From the NCBI RefSeq assembly GCF_006345805.1, contig NC_043015.1:17980001-18044000 (forward strand): DNA of 64,000 nt, given 5' to 3'. The translations under genes were made by a program, and so were the position numbers. Positions 26,799-40,386 of this stretch are shown piece by piece (position 1 is the stretch's first letter; every line of letters starts with the position of its first letter). Source of the DNA: Octopus sinensis (taxonomy: Eukaryota). The notes under the pieces are model-generated. The model did not search any database. It worked only from the letters and a program-made list of their open reading frames with translations, and was not told where the DNA came from.

Positions 26799-27194
26799 GG
26801 GGTGTATTTCATCAATATTGGTAAACCTGTTGACAATAAAGTATTTTGTGTGTATGTATGTGCATGTGTTTCTATCACCATGTAACATTTACTTTTCCAT
26901 GCTTGCATAGGTCAGACGAGAGTACATTGGGTCAGAGTTTTCTACAGCCCTTTCTGCATCAACCCCTTCCAGTTTCCAAGCAATGTAATAATCTCCCAGT
27001 CTATCAAACAATACCTTGGACATAGTTACATGAAGATCAGAAACAAACAATACCATCTGCAAGAACAATGATGCTATTATTTACAGTCAGTGAACACTCA
27101 GTTGTAAGATGGGGTGGGGAATATGAACCTATACAAACACACACTGATATACAAACATATGGTAATCTTTCGTTTTGTCTCGAAGGCATGTGCA

Positions 27195-28020
27195 TGGAGC
27201 TCAGCTGTTACCATAGAGCATTAAATAAATTCCATAAAAATTTTTTATTTATTTTTGTAGCAGGAAATGTACATTTCATTTGGTGTCAGCATAAAGTGAA
27301 AAAGAGAGAAAATGGACAGGGACATGTGTTGCTGGGGGGTGCGAGACAGAAAGTGTGTGTTGTATCTGTATGAGAGAGAGAAAGAGGTGTGTGTTACTGT
27401 GTATGTGAGGGAGAGAGAGAGTGACAGTATATATTTTTTTATTTATTTTTCCTTGCATCTTTTTTGAGTGAGTGATTGACTGAGAGAGAGAGAGGCATGT
27501 TGTCGGAAAAAGAGAGAGAGAGAGAGATAGAAGGAGGGAGTGATAGCGTAAATTTTATGTATTTACTTTTTCTTGCATCTTTTTAAGTGTTAGACTGAGA
27601 GAGAGAGAGGTGTGTCTTGCTCTGTGTGTGAGGGAGAGAGTGATAGCATAAATTTTTTTATTTAGTTAGTTTTTCTTGCATCTTTTATGCTATCACTCTC
27701 TCCCCCTCTCTCACTCTCACACTTTCTCTCTCTCTCAGTCAATCATTCACAAACTCACTCAAAAAAGATGCAAGGAAAATGAATTTAAAAAATGTATGCT
27801 GTCACTTTCTCTCTCCATCACCCCCCCCCTCTCTCTTTCACATACACACAACACAATTTCTGTTTCGCACCCCCTGTCAACACATACACATGTCCCTGTC
27901 CATTTTCTCTCCCTTTCACGTTATGCTGACATAAAACGAGATGTGCATTTCCACCCACAAAAATAAATAAATAAAATTTTTTACAGAATTTACCAAATGC
28001 TGTACATTAACAGCTGATCA
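27195..28020. repeat. Foldback element: ~300-bp imperfect inverted arms rich in (GA)/(TC), with internal repeats of TTTTCTTGCATCTTTT
   Basis: 27195-27500 is the reverse complement of ~27700-28020 (AAAATGGACAGGGACATGTG and CACATGTCCCTGTCCATTTT). Confidence 0.75.
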
Positions 28021-28311
28021 AAAGTGACATTTCTGAGAATTATATCAATGGTCGCCCAAACATACATATTACCTATACATCTTTCTTTCACTTTTTCAAT
28101 CATGAGACTGCAGACATACAGGGGCACTGTCTTGAAGAATTTTAGTTGAACAAACTAACACCAGTGCACTTTTTTTAAAGCCTGGTATTTTTTTTTATCA
28201 GTTACTTTTGCCAAATTGCTATGTTAAAGTGACATAAACACAACACCAAGTAGTGGAGGGAGTGGACAACAAACACAGACAGACACACACATGTATGTCT
28301 GTGTATATATA

Positions 28312-28397
<86 letters not shown>

Positions 28398-29229
28398 AAG
28401 TGTGAATCTAATATCTCTTGGTATCAAATATCTAACTAGAAAGGTAAGACATGAAATAATAAATAAAATTAAAAAGAAAAAAATATGAAAATGAGATGTG
28501 TTTGAAAAATTTTTGATGCTTTGAATTATTTTATCAACATTATATTCACTTTGTTCAGGTTAATGAGCAAAACATTTTATTGTGAAACACTAAATGAATA
28601 GTCACTGAAGAGTCAAATCTCTTCTGCAACACTTTTAGCACATGAAACCTCTCAAACTCTCTCTCTCTACATACAAATAATTAAAAATCAATGCAACTTT
28701 TATTTTAATTTATCCAGTGTTATTGATCAAAGCCATAAAGGAATTACATAACAGATCAACATTTAATACAATCATCAAAACTCATAAATGAGAAAAGATG
28801 ACAAAAATTGGAAACTTTCCATGTAAAATTATAACATTGATGATTTTAAGGCTTTGAGTGAGTGTTGGCAGCAGATGGATTTCCTGACCACAACTAGTGC
28901 ATGAGAAAGTAATGCCTAATGATATTTTTCAGTTTTTGGGTGCTAGTGAATACTACTGTTAATAGAAACTGCAACTCAAACATTTAAAAAGGTAGGGTAG
29001 ATTACTTGTTCAGGGAGATGCCTTAAGAAATGTAGCCATAAATGCACGTTCACATATCTAATCAACTTAGTGCAAACAAGATATTCTGCAAGAAGAAATA
29101 CTTTTAAACTAATTTGACAAGGTGATGTGAATTACTTTATCACCTTTAGTGATTAGAAAACTCAGATGATGTTAGCTGTTAAATCTCAAAAGTAATGTAG
29201 CAGGCAGGGTATTTCAAAGTAAATCCCTA

Positions 29230-32200
29230 TATATCTGAAATATTCGGGATTTACATTCCAATAAGAACCATCTTAATCGGAGCAAGCCCTCCTCCTGGTT
29301 CAAAGGCTTGTACCACCATACAGCTGGTCAGCTCTGGCTCCTGGAACTGAAACTAATGCAACACTATTGGAAGGCAGGTTTAGAGAGGGTGCAGGTCAAA
29401 ACTATGCCCCATTCCCCTCCATTGGTCAGTTGAAGCTTAGAGAGTGTCACATGACAGTTACCTGGTGCTGGCTGCAGGAGCCTACTGATGAGTATTTGAA
29501 GGGAAATTTGGCAAGATGGTCATTCACCCACTGACATTCGTTGACACTGCATCGAAGACACCAAAGAACAAAAGAAAAAAGGAGAAAGAAAAAATGCACT
29601 CAACACCAGAGCTGAAGACATATTTGAAAGGGGAGAGGAACCATGTTGAAACTGGACATGGTTCCTCCTAATGATGTCTTTAGCTACTGGATCCTATAAA
29701 GGAGCTGTTGAGGTAATGAACCATGAAACATGCTTGGAATTCCTCAGATACTGACTGTAGGAAAAGACTTATTGACAATCCAGAAAGTGGGATGACAAAG
29801 CAAAGAGACACTTGACAGTATGACAGTGTAACGAAGGATCAAATGGGCTTGCAGCCTGATCTGGAGTAAAATTGCAACAAGTAAGCATGATGAACCATGC
29901 CCCCATGATCCTGGTGCATGAGGGGAGAATAAAGGATCAAACAAGAACAGAAAAAGGAATGGACCCAGACCGGAAATGGACAATGAGAAAGGAAGCAGTA
30001 AAGGAAAACTGCTGCAGAAAGGTGTTTTCTAGTTACATCAGGCTTAGAATTCACCAAGGGAAGGTATGTCAGAAGAAAATGATTCAACAGCACAGGCTGA
30101 AAAACCGGAAGACGTGTGGTCAGAACCTCCTGGAAAGAAACCATAATGAGAGTCATTCCACAGTTGAATTGAAACAGTCAAGAAAAGAGAGCGGCGTGAA
30201 GAAGTCAAAAATTAAGTGGCCGAAGGCAAATGATGCGGTGAGCTAAAAGAAATTCGATGATGAGGTAGCAAGAATGACCACCAAATTCAAAGGGGACAAT
30301 GAAATAAAACATGAGAACTTGGCTAAAGAGAAAGAGAGAAAAGATTTGAGAGAAAAGGAAAGAGAGAAAAGATTTGGACTTGAAACAACAGGGAATGGAG
30401 AATCATCAGCAAAGGGTGGACAATCGAGGAGAGAAAGATGGATCGCAAAGATATGAGAAGAGAAGAAAGATCACAGGACCAGATGGAAGGATGCAAAGGG
30501 GGAGGAAAAGAAGGGTTTAAACAACTATATGAAGAAATAAAAAAGAGGCATCGAGAACAACTAAGAAAGAAAAGAAGGAAGAAAAGAAGAAAGGAGAGAG
30601 AAAAGAACTATCATAATTTTGTAAACAACCCATATCAATAGGCTAAATGTTTGTTTACTGAAAGTAAGAGGGGAAGATTAGATTGCACTAAAGAAGAGCT
30701 TGAATACCATCTCAAAGCGACATATAGTGACACTGAAAGAAATAAAGTAATCCCAGAAATGCTTTGATTGAAGAAACCACCTGAAACAAGGGTACCAATC
30801 GATTTGAGTGATATCAGAAAAGTAAGAGCAAAAAGTTCACCAGGGAATGATGGAGTTAGCTACAAAGTTTATAAGTATTGCCCAAAATTGCATTTACACC
30901 TATTTGCATTGATAAAAGAAATGTGGAAGAAGAAAGATGCAGCAGAGCGATGGTGTATAGCTGAAGGTATGTATTTACCTAAAGAGAAGGAGGCAAAAAC
31001 ACTAGGGCAATTCAGACCTATTTCACTACTAAATACCAATGGGAAGATCATGTTTGGAATTATTGCCAGGTGAATCAAAAGATTTGTACAACATAACAGA
31101 TATGTCAATGAAGCAATCCAAAAAGCAGGGATTCCTGAATGCATAGATCACAAATGCATTTGTGATCTAGGAAGCTATCAACTGTGCAAAACAACTGAAA
31201 AAAAATTGTACATTGCATGGCTAGATCTTGTCAATGCATATGGATCAGTTCTACACACACAAATTCAAGCAGCTATGAACTTCTTTTGGATTCCAGAAGA
31301 TGTTCAATGAATACTCATGTGTTACTATGATAAATTAAGGATGAGATTTACAGCAGGAAAGTTCACAAGAAGAGTGGCAACTGCTTGAAATATGTATTGC
31401 AGCTGGATGCACAATATCAGTCATCTTATTTGTGATAGTCATGGAGATGTTACAAACTGTGAGAAATTTGTTACAATATCACTGTTAAAGGCTTTTATGA
31501 ACGATGTTACTGTACTATCAGAAAGTAGAGAAGCAGTAGATGGAACATTAGAGCAGCTGGATGAACTAATAGGATGGGTGAGAATGAAATTCAAAGCCAT
31601 AAAATCTCAAAGCGTGGCTTTTGTAAAAGGAATCCAAAAAGAAGTGAAATTCAGGATAGGGGGTGAAGATATAACAATGGTGAAAGAACAATCAGTTCCA
31701 GCAGATGGTACAGAGATTTACTAAATGATAGGAAGCAAAGCAAAGAAACACACAATTTAGTGGAACAGGAACTAAAGGCAATTGACAGAACAACATTACC
31801 AGGGAAATTCAAATGCTGGATACTGCAATTTGTATTGTACCCAAGGATAGTGTGGCCATTGCAAAAGTACGAAATAGCCTCAAGTAGAGTAGAAAGGAGG
31901 GAACAAAGATGCAGTGTGTTTATCAGAAAATGGCTTGGTCTTTCAAAACCACTGAATACAACTGCACTATATGGAAAACCTGTGCTGCAACTACCGATAA
32001 CATCCATCACTAAAAAATATAAGGCAGGAAAAGCAAGGACAGTAATGATGCAAGGTATGTGAAAGATCAGAACATCTGAGAAAACCCACCAAAGGTACGA
32101 ACAGGGAGGAAATGGAAAGCGGAAGAGGCAGTAAACAGGGCGATCAGAAAGTTAAGGCATGCCAATATAGTTGGAGCGATGCAAGAAGCAAGAGCTGGTC

Positions 32201-32750
32201 TAGGGTTGCACAATTTCAAGCTATTTTGCATGAGTAGTGTAAAAGAGATGAAAGAGGCAGTGGTACACGAAGTAAGAACAGAGGAAGAAGAAAAGTGAAA
32301 TGTACATTTAGTACAATGTAGTCAACAGGGACAGTACCTGAGATTGGAGGAATATGTGGTCAGTTGCAGAATCTCATGGAAGAAACTCTGGGCTTGGGAA
32401 CAAGCAAGAACCTTCCTAATCAAGTCTGCCTTCGACGTTTTACCTTCACCGGCCAATTTAGTCCAGTGGAATATACTAACAACTGATGAATGTAGATGCA
32501 GAGAGAAAGCGACAGTGAGACATGTTCTGTCAAACTGCACTAGACAGATATAAATGGCGTCACAATCAAATCTTCGGTGTCATAAACACAGCACTCAAGG
32601 AGAAGATCGAGGGATATAATAGGGGAGAGTACCCAAAAGTGGAAAAGCATGGAAGGATATACTTCTAGAAGGAGGGAAAAGGACATAAGGCCAGGCTTTC
32701 AAAGAAATTCATAAAACAAAAGACAAAGACAGGTGATGTAGACAACAAAC
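29230..32750 (+). mobile_element. Decayed HERO-like restriction-like-endonuclease non-LTR retrotransposon, 3' truncated
   Basis: N-terminal zinc finger CCRKVFSSYIRLRIHQGKVC; SSPGNDGVSYKVYKYCP; QFRPISLLN; AWLDLVNAYGSV; GCTISVILF; AFMNDVTV; LPGKFKCWILQFVLYPRIVWPL; FDVLPSPANLVQW..CRC..TVRHVLSNC; many stops; clade assignment from recalled motifs. Confidence 0.75.
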
Positions 32751-32756
32751 AGATGT

Positions 32757-32900
32757 ATTAGTTTAACGCTTGGGAAGTGAAAAAGTCTTTAACATTTCGA
32801 GCCTACGCTCTTCCACAGAAAGGAGCACAGAAAGAAACAAGGAGAGAAAATAAAGAATGTGTAGTACATAGCGATCTATCATGGCGAATACCAGACATAT
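32757..32900 (-). mobile_element. PLE-pLTR-like segment with a hammerhead-like motif (32787-32822)
   Basis: Minus strand CTTT-CTGTGGA-A-GAGC(GTAG)GCTC-GAAA-TGTT-AAAG: stem I and stem II pair; core A6 is T and stem III is mismatched. Confidence 0.6.
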
Positions 32901-32924
32901 ATATATATATATATATATACACAC

Positions 32925-32964
<40 letters not shown>

Positions 32965-33092
32965 AACATACATATATAAATATATATATACATTGGAGAG
33001 GAAAAATTATAATAAGGCAGAATGCTAAATTGAAAGTAAATTTTAATAAAAATGGATGTATGAAAAATTAAAAAATTAAAAAATAAATCAAA

Positions 33093-33194
33093 GAATATGA
33101 AACGCTTCAAGAATTTGGATGTTATCCTTGCGCAGGGGCCATGCTAATCTCTATACTGTTCCAATTTTAGCATATGTACTGCCGTAGCTAGTGC
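33093..33194 (-). pseudogene. U6 snRNA-derived copy
   Basis: Minus strand GCACTAGCTACGGCAGTACATATGCTAAAATTGGAACAGTATAGAGATTAGCATGGCCCCTGCGCAAGGATAACATCCAAATTCTTGAAGCGTTTCATATT is colinear with U6; the ACAGAGA box is damaged. Confidence 0.9.
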
Positions 33195-33699
33195 AAATCC
33201 GTGAAGCATTCCATATTATTTGACTTATCATTTTTTCTTTTTTAATTTTTCATACACACATTTTTATTAAAATTTACTTTCAAATTAGCATTCTGCCTCA
33301 TTATAATTTTTCCTCTCTTATCATTTCTCTACGTGCGGTTAACACAACCCCAGTATTTACTGATATATATACATATATATGTATATATAAATATATATAT
33401 ACAAACAGTTAATTCCACAAAGTTATATCCTCATTAGGGATTATATAATCCAAGGTATTCCATTGGTTAATCCCTATCATATTATGTGAAAGTCATTGGT
33501 ATATGTAAGGGATTATTGAAATTATATATTATCAATATTGAAGGAAAAATGGATGTATGAATAATTTATTTGTATGTTATAAAATGATGAAAGTTTCTTT
33601 TAAAGAACGTAACAGTACAAATAAATTGATTACAAGTTGTAAAGCTCAAAAAATAAAATAAAGGAATCTACGTATATGTTTCAGTCCTATCACCTAGTT

Positions 33700-34420
33700 G
33701 ATCAGAAGTTCCAAGCATTTGGTGAAATGCTAAGAAAGGTATCATATTCTAACTATATGAGGGTAGGACTTCTTCAGGCTTAATTATAAGCTTGTGCAAC
33801 TTAGGTTATCATTTTCCTTTTGATAGATGCATAGTCTTTCCTAGTAACTGATAAATGGAACTGAGACGATTTTCTTAGTTGTTGGATTCCTTTGAGTTGT
33901 TGGATTCCTTTGAGTTCCATCGTGAATTTTATATTGTGTGGTGACCATGGTTGGGAGCAGTAGTCCAAGCGGCTGAGGATATATGTCTTCCAAAGGGCCA
34001 TCAATGTCTCCTTTTCTCTAGTTTTGAAAGTTCAGAGGATCCATCAGGTTAGGTGCCTGCACTTTATTACCAAATTGGTAAAATGCATTTGAAAAGATGC
34101 ATCATTGCTTGTGTCATTGCTCAGGACACATACTGATTATGATTCAGGGATTGCAATTCCTCCCAGGCCAGTGTAACCTGTCTGCATGTTATTTCGCTTT
34201 GTGTGCTGGAAACGTAGGGCTTAGAATTTTCCTGCATTAAACTGCATGTTGTCATCCTCAGTCCATCTGTGTATTGTGTCCAACTCATGTTGCAGATGTG
34301 CAATATTTCCAGGATTTTGTATAGTCTGAGAGACTTTTGTATCATTTGCATAGCTAGCAAGGGTGGCTATCTGAGCAGCTAAGGGCATGTCTGAGAGGGC
34401 CACTATCAATACCAGTGGTC
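33700..34420 (-). mobile_element. CR1-type LINE RT fragment
   Basis: TLASYANDTKVSQTI..LQHELDTIHRWTEDDNMQFNAGKF; ALWKTYILSRLDYCSQPWSPH. Confidence 0.85.
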
Positions 34421-34500
34421 ATAAGACAGTGACACACATACATATATGTTTATATACATATATATATAAACATATATATATATAATATATGTTTATATAC

Positions 34501-34532
<32 letters not shown>

Positions 34533-34540
34533 ACATATAC

Positions 34541-34589
<49 letters not shown>

Positions 34590-34620
34590 ATATATATATA
34601 AACATATATATATATATATC

Positions 34621-35112
34621 ATTATCATCATCTTCGTTTACGTCCATCTTCTATGCCGGCATGGTTGGACAGTTTGACTGAGGACTGGAGAGCCAGCAGC
34701 TGAATCCAGGCTCCAGTCTGATCTGGCAATGTTTCTACAGCTGGATGCTTTTCCTAACACCAACCACTCCGAGAGTGTAGTAGGTGCTTTTTACATGTCA
34801 CAGGCACAAGAGCCAATCATGGGGTACTGGCATCAACCATGTTTGGATGGTGCTTTTTACGTGCCAGCAGCATGGGAGCCAGTCAGGTGGACCTGGCATC
34901 AATCATGTTTTGATGGTGCTTTTTATGTGCCACTGGCATGGGAGCCAGTCAGGTAGCACTGGACACAGCTATAATATTGGTTTTACTTGACTCAACAGGT
35001 TTTCTCAAGCATATCATATCACCTGATGCATCAGAGGTACTCTTAACTGGGCCGGAAATGCGTGGCTGCAATCTCACTTTAGTTGCCGGGTCTTCTCAAT
35101 CACAGCATATCA
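34621..35112 (-). mobile_element. RTE 3' UTR fragment
   Basis: CCATGCCGGCATGGTTGGAC-type terminus and GGTGCTTTTTACGTGCCA repeats. Confidence 0.8.
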
Positions 35113-35197
35113 CCTACATGTATATATACATACATATCTACATATATATATACATATGCAAATACACATATATATATACATACATATATACATATAT

Positions 35198-35231
<34 letters not shown>

Positions 35232-35256
35232 CTTTAGAGAGAGAGAGAGAGAGATA

Positions 35257-36466
35257 CAGGGGTTGGACAAAATAATGGAAACACCTAGCATCGTAGCATC
35301 ATAATTTTGAAATGTCTAGAAAACCGTCAAAAGCTTGTTCATTTTTGTTTTTGGTTTATTATTAGTGTTTCTTATGTTTTGCTAAAATCGCTGTTTCTTT
35401 TCAGATATCAGCAGAAAAAGGTAAATAAAATTCATTAAAACAACAGATCCATTGGACTTTTAAAGAAGTCAAATTGTTAGCATAACGAAAACAGCCAAAA
35501 TGTTTAGTGCATCAAGAAGTACTGTCTCAAAAGTAATGACAGCCTTTGAGAAAGAAGGAAAAACCTCCTCGTCAAAACAAAACTCCAGAAGTAAACCAAA
35601 ACTTTCAGATAGGAACCGTCGGACTCTTACGCAAATTGTTAGAAAGGATCATAGATGTGCAGCTCCCAAAATTACTGCAGAGCTTAATGACCACCTTGAG
35701 AACTCAGTTTCAACAAAAACTGTTCAACAGGAGTTGCACAAAGCTGGATTTCATGGAGGGATGCAATCAGAAAAAACACTCCTTTCAAAAAGAAACATTG
35801 CAAAGCTTTAAGAGTGGAGTAAAAACCTACAGAATTGGTCCCTAGAGCAGTGGAAGAATGTTATATTCTCAGACCAGTTATCCTTTACTTTATTTCTGAC
35901 CATCAGCTGAGGAGACGTGTCGAGACAGCCAAAAGAAGCATTTGACCCAGACTGTTAAACATGGAGGAGGATCTGTGATGATGGAGGGGGGGGGTCTATA
36001 TCTTGGAAATCCGCCTGCCTAATGGTTTCCCTTCATGGCAGAATGAATAGTCAAGACTAAGCATTTTATCTAACCAAATTCATCCTATGGTTGCGGAACT
36101 GTTTTCGGAGGGAAATGCACTCTTTCAGGATGATAATGCCCCAATTCACTCAGCTGAAGTTGTTACTGAATGGCATGAGGAACATTCTAGTGAAGTTGAA
36201 CATCTTATCTGGCCACCACAGTCCCCAGATCTCAATATTATTGAACATTTATGCTGCATTTTAGAAAAAAAAGTAAGGAGTTGATATCCTCCACCATCAT
36301 CACTACAAGAACTAGCTGAAGAATGGACAGAAATTCCTTTGGAAACTGTACGAATCCATACCTTGTAGAATTCAAGCTGTAATTACTGTCAAAGGTGCTC
36401 CTATCCTATATTAAAATAAAAGTGTTTGAAATTTTAAGGTGTTTCCATTATTTTGTCCAAACCCTG
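35257..36466 (+). mobile_element. Full-length Tc1-family transposon (1210 bp), transposase disrupted
   Basis: TA-flanked 30-bp TIRs CAGGGGTTGGACAAAATAATGGAAACACCT and AGGTGTTTCCATTATTTTGTCCAAACCCTG; ALFQDDNAPIH..WPPQSPDLNIIE (DD34E-type); same family as 16424. Confidence 0.95.
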
Positions 36467-36486
36467 TATATATATATATTTTTTGT

Positions 36487-36703
36487 TTATTATTTTGCAC
36501 ATTACTTAATCATCGGTATATTATTATTTTATATTTAATATTTCTATTATATGTAATTTTCTAAATGGTGTAATTTAATTGTTCATTTTGAATTGATAAA
36601 AGATGGTTTTTTTCTAATTTTATATATATATTATATTTTGTGAAATTTGATTTAGTATTTCTAAATTGAATTTTTCCCTGTAAGTTAGGAATAATTCCCT
36701 CAA

Positions 36704-36742
<39 letters not shown>

Positions 36743-36794
36743 TATATAATATATATAATAATAATAATTATCATTATTATTATTATTACTATAT

Positions 36795-36840
<46 letters not shown>

Positions 36841-37072
36841 AATTTGAGGGAAATTATTCCTAACTTACAGGGAAAAATTCAATTTAGAAATACTAAATCA
36901 AATTTCACAAAATATAATATATATATAAAAATTAGAAAAAAACCATCTTTTATCAATTCAAAATGAACAATTAAATTACACCATTTAGAAAATTACATAT
37001 AATAGAAATATTAAATATAAAATAACAATAATATACCGATGATTAAGTAATGTGCAAAATAATAAATAATAC
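36487..37072. repeat. AT-rich near-perfect inverted repeat (~230-bp arms) around a (TTA)/(TA)/(TAA) core; partial third copy ~37095-37175
   Basis: TTTTGCACATTACTTAATCATCGGTATA...GGAATAATTCCCTCAAAT mirrors ATTTGAGGGAAATTATTCC...TATACCGATGATTAAGTAATGTGCAAAA. Confidence 0.9.
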
Positions 37073-37172
37073 GTATATATTTGGTAGAATAACCAAATTT
37101 CTATTATATGTAATTTTCTAGATGGTGTAATTTAATTGTTCATTTTGAATTGATAAAAGGTGTTTTTTTCTA

Positions 37173-37212
<40 letters not shown>

Positions 37213-37778
37213 ATATTCCAATAAGGAGCAAATAATTCAAGAGAAAAAAATAATGCAAGAAAAAATAATTTGTGAAGACTGTTATTTCCAGCAGGTAGAG
37301 ATACTTAGAAGGGCTTTTGTTTAATTGTAATCCTTCAGCTATGTAATACTTTTTAGGGGGGTCTGCAATCACCTATATTATTGATTCTTTTATTACCATT
37401 TTAAAATTCTTACACTAGATAATAACAGAGTCAATGGTATCTTCGCAAATTATTCCTTCATAAACCATGAATTATTTGCTCTATATTGAAATTATTTTCA
37501 TGCTGGTGGCTGCCTTGATTTTGGTGCAAAAACGAATTACATGCAGCAGACTTCAACACGATGGGTTGGGAGTCTCTATCACGGTAACACATGCTGAGGA
37601 AGCTGAGGCTATTTTGGCTGGTGCAAGAACCAGTCCACATGAGTCTAAATACTTAAATGTACGTTGGGAGGTTGTCTTAGCCCGTTTGTCTTTGGACAGT
37701 TGATTTCAATGTTTCTTGGTGATTTAAATAAGAGTTTTTGACTATTATTTCCAGTACGTAGATATACTTTGTGTGTTC

Positions 37779-38480
37779 ATCATCATCATCATCGTTTAAC
37801 GTCCGCTTTCCATGCTAGCACCAGGAAGGCTGCACCAGGCCAGTCAGATCTGGCAGTGTTTCTACAGCTGGATGCCCTTCCTAACGCCAACCACTCCGAG
37901 AGTGTAGTGGGTGATTTTATGTGCCACCGACACAGGTGCCAGACGAGGCTGGCAGACGGCCACGCTCGGATGGTGTTTTTTATGTGCCACCGACACAGGT
38001 GCCAGACGAGGCTGGCTGACGGCCACGCTCGGATGGTATTTTCTTATGTGTCACCGACACAGGTGCCAGACGAGGCTGGCGGACGGCCACGCTCGGATGG
38101 TGTTTGTTACGTGCCCTCAGCACGGAGGCCAGTCGTTGCGGTACTGGCTACGGTCACGTTCGGGTGGTTTTCTTATGTGCCACCGGCACTGGTACCACAA
38201 GGATACAAATTCCATTGATGTACATCTATTTTGATTTGGTTCGATTTGATTTGATTTGATTTGATTTTCACTTGCCTCAACAGGTCTTCACAAGTGTCAC
38301 AAGAAGGAAGGTATGCACAGGTGGACTGACTACGTCCCAGGTAGGGGCCACGGATTATGGCTTCACTAGTCTTGCCGGGTCTTCTCACGCACAGCATACT
38401 TCCATAGGTCTCGGTCTCTAGTCATTTCCATGGTGAGACCTAACGTCCGAAGGTCGTGCTTCACCACCTCATCCCAGGGT
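37779..38480 (-). mobile_element. RTE 3' end with ~3 copies of the 63-bp UTR repeat
   Basis: WDEVVKHDLRTLGLTMEMTRDRDLWKYAVREKTRQ then UTR and (GAT)n tail. Confidence 0.9.
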
Positions 38481-38531
38481 GTTGTTTCATTAATTTTAAT
38501 ATATACATACATACATATATATATATATATG

Positions 38532-38587
<56 letters not shown>

Positions 38588-39484
38588 CAAAATAAGCAAC
38601 AAGAATATCTTCAGTAATTTGGTACGATCGTTTCACGCTACATCATTTTATTAAACATTGTAAGTATTACAATAGTTTTAAAGTGTTGAGCAAGCATCAG
38701 CCGTTTATAGAGGTTTTCCATCAATACATATACTTATTTTCATGTTAATTGATAACATTATAAAGAGGATAGATATATAGACAGAGATGTTGATTTGAAT
38801 GTTAAGAACATAAAGGTATTAGAATTTATCTTCTGACTGAAGAATAAACTTTAAGTTATTTTGAACTGCTAGAAAGTGGGGAGGGATATTCTGTTGAATG
38901 GAGACAAAAGAGATTTTCTATTTATAGAAGTAGGTAGGGGTGAAATAAATGTCAGAAGTTATTCCTAAAGAAAATTAAAGTGGAAAGGGGATTATATTGT
39001 CTTAGAGTTTACTCCTATTTGGCAATTAGATTTTGTATCAAGAAAACTAGGTCAATGCTAAATGGTCACAATGACCAACCATATACTAAATAGTTATAGA
39101 AAATACAGAGATTCCTTTACACTTATACAAACATATACAAACATGTATCCACTTTGATCTATAAGATTATACTTGGCTATTAGGTATTGATTATTTTACT
39201 AAGTTGGATTAAAAGAGGATTATAAATCTAATATTTATTAATTTTGGAGAAAAAAAAACTATCATTTATTATGAGTAGGCATAATATTCAATAACTGTGG
39301 ACAAAAGTCTTATTAATTAAGAGCCATATCATTGATGTTTTTCAACAATCTAAGTATGTCACAAGGTTTCCGGACATGAGTTCCACTCACATGTCAAGTT
39401 GCATTAAAATCAATAAAACAATGTAGGAGTTAGCTAATAACACCACAAACACACACATATGTAATAGATATATACATATATACA

Positions 39485-39536
<52 letters not shown>

Positions 39537-40331
39537 TACATGCACATATATATACACACATATATATGTGTGTGTGTTATATATATGTGAATAATATAAT
39601 TTAAGAACAAACATTGAATTCAGGTTAATGAACTTTATATATCCACATTTCCACATTTCTACATTTCATGGCTCTGAAATGTCAAAAAAACAAACACCAA
39701 GTAAAAGCCATATACGAAAAATATAAAATACACGGGACCTGCCCAGATAACGTATATAAAAATCGACTAGAAATTATGGATCTTTTCTATTCTGAAGCCA
39801 GTTTTTTCAAATTTTTCCTACTGAACCAAACAATTTGAAACTTCGTATACTGGTAGAATGTGTCAAAAGTAAACTTAATTGTAAACCAGAATGAAAATGG
39901 AATTGTAACTTCTAAGTTTAACGTTGTTTAATAATTAGAATTTTAACCAATGATATTCCGTCATTCGGCTTTATTTTATTTACTCCGTCTCGACCACCAA
40001 TTTCGTGACGTATTAAACATCTTAAATGTAAACAAAGCGCTTTCGTTTGCTATTAAGAAGTGGCATCTCCGCCGAGGTCGATTTTGCCTTTCATCACACA
40101 CACACACACACACACACACGCTCACACACGCATATATATAATTATACATACATTACACGCACGCACACATACACACATATATATATATATATGTGTATAT
40201 ATATATATATATATCATCAGTTTAATTATATAAGGCTCACACATTTTAGATATTTAATACATCCGCACGAATATGTGTGTTTATTTATTTCATAAATATT
40301 TACATACATATATGAACATACATATATACAG

Positions 40332-40386
<55 letters not shown>

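Noticed and set aside
33093-33194. Functional U6 snRNA gene
   Set aside because: The ACAGAGA box is altered or deleted, there are many substitutions, and the upstream flank is an inverted fragment rather than PSE/TATA
37200-37720. GC-richer unique segment tested as a NUMT or exon (ORFs 37467-37703 + and 37458-37640 -)
   Set aside because: No recognisable mitochondrial or nuclear protein in any frame or code I tried, and no convincing splice sites; unresolved without blastx
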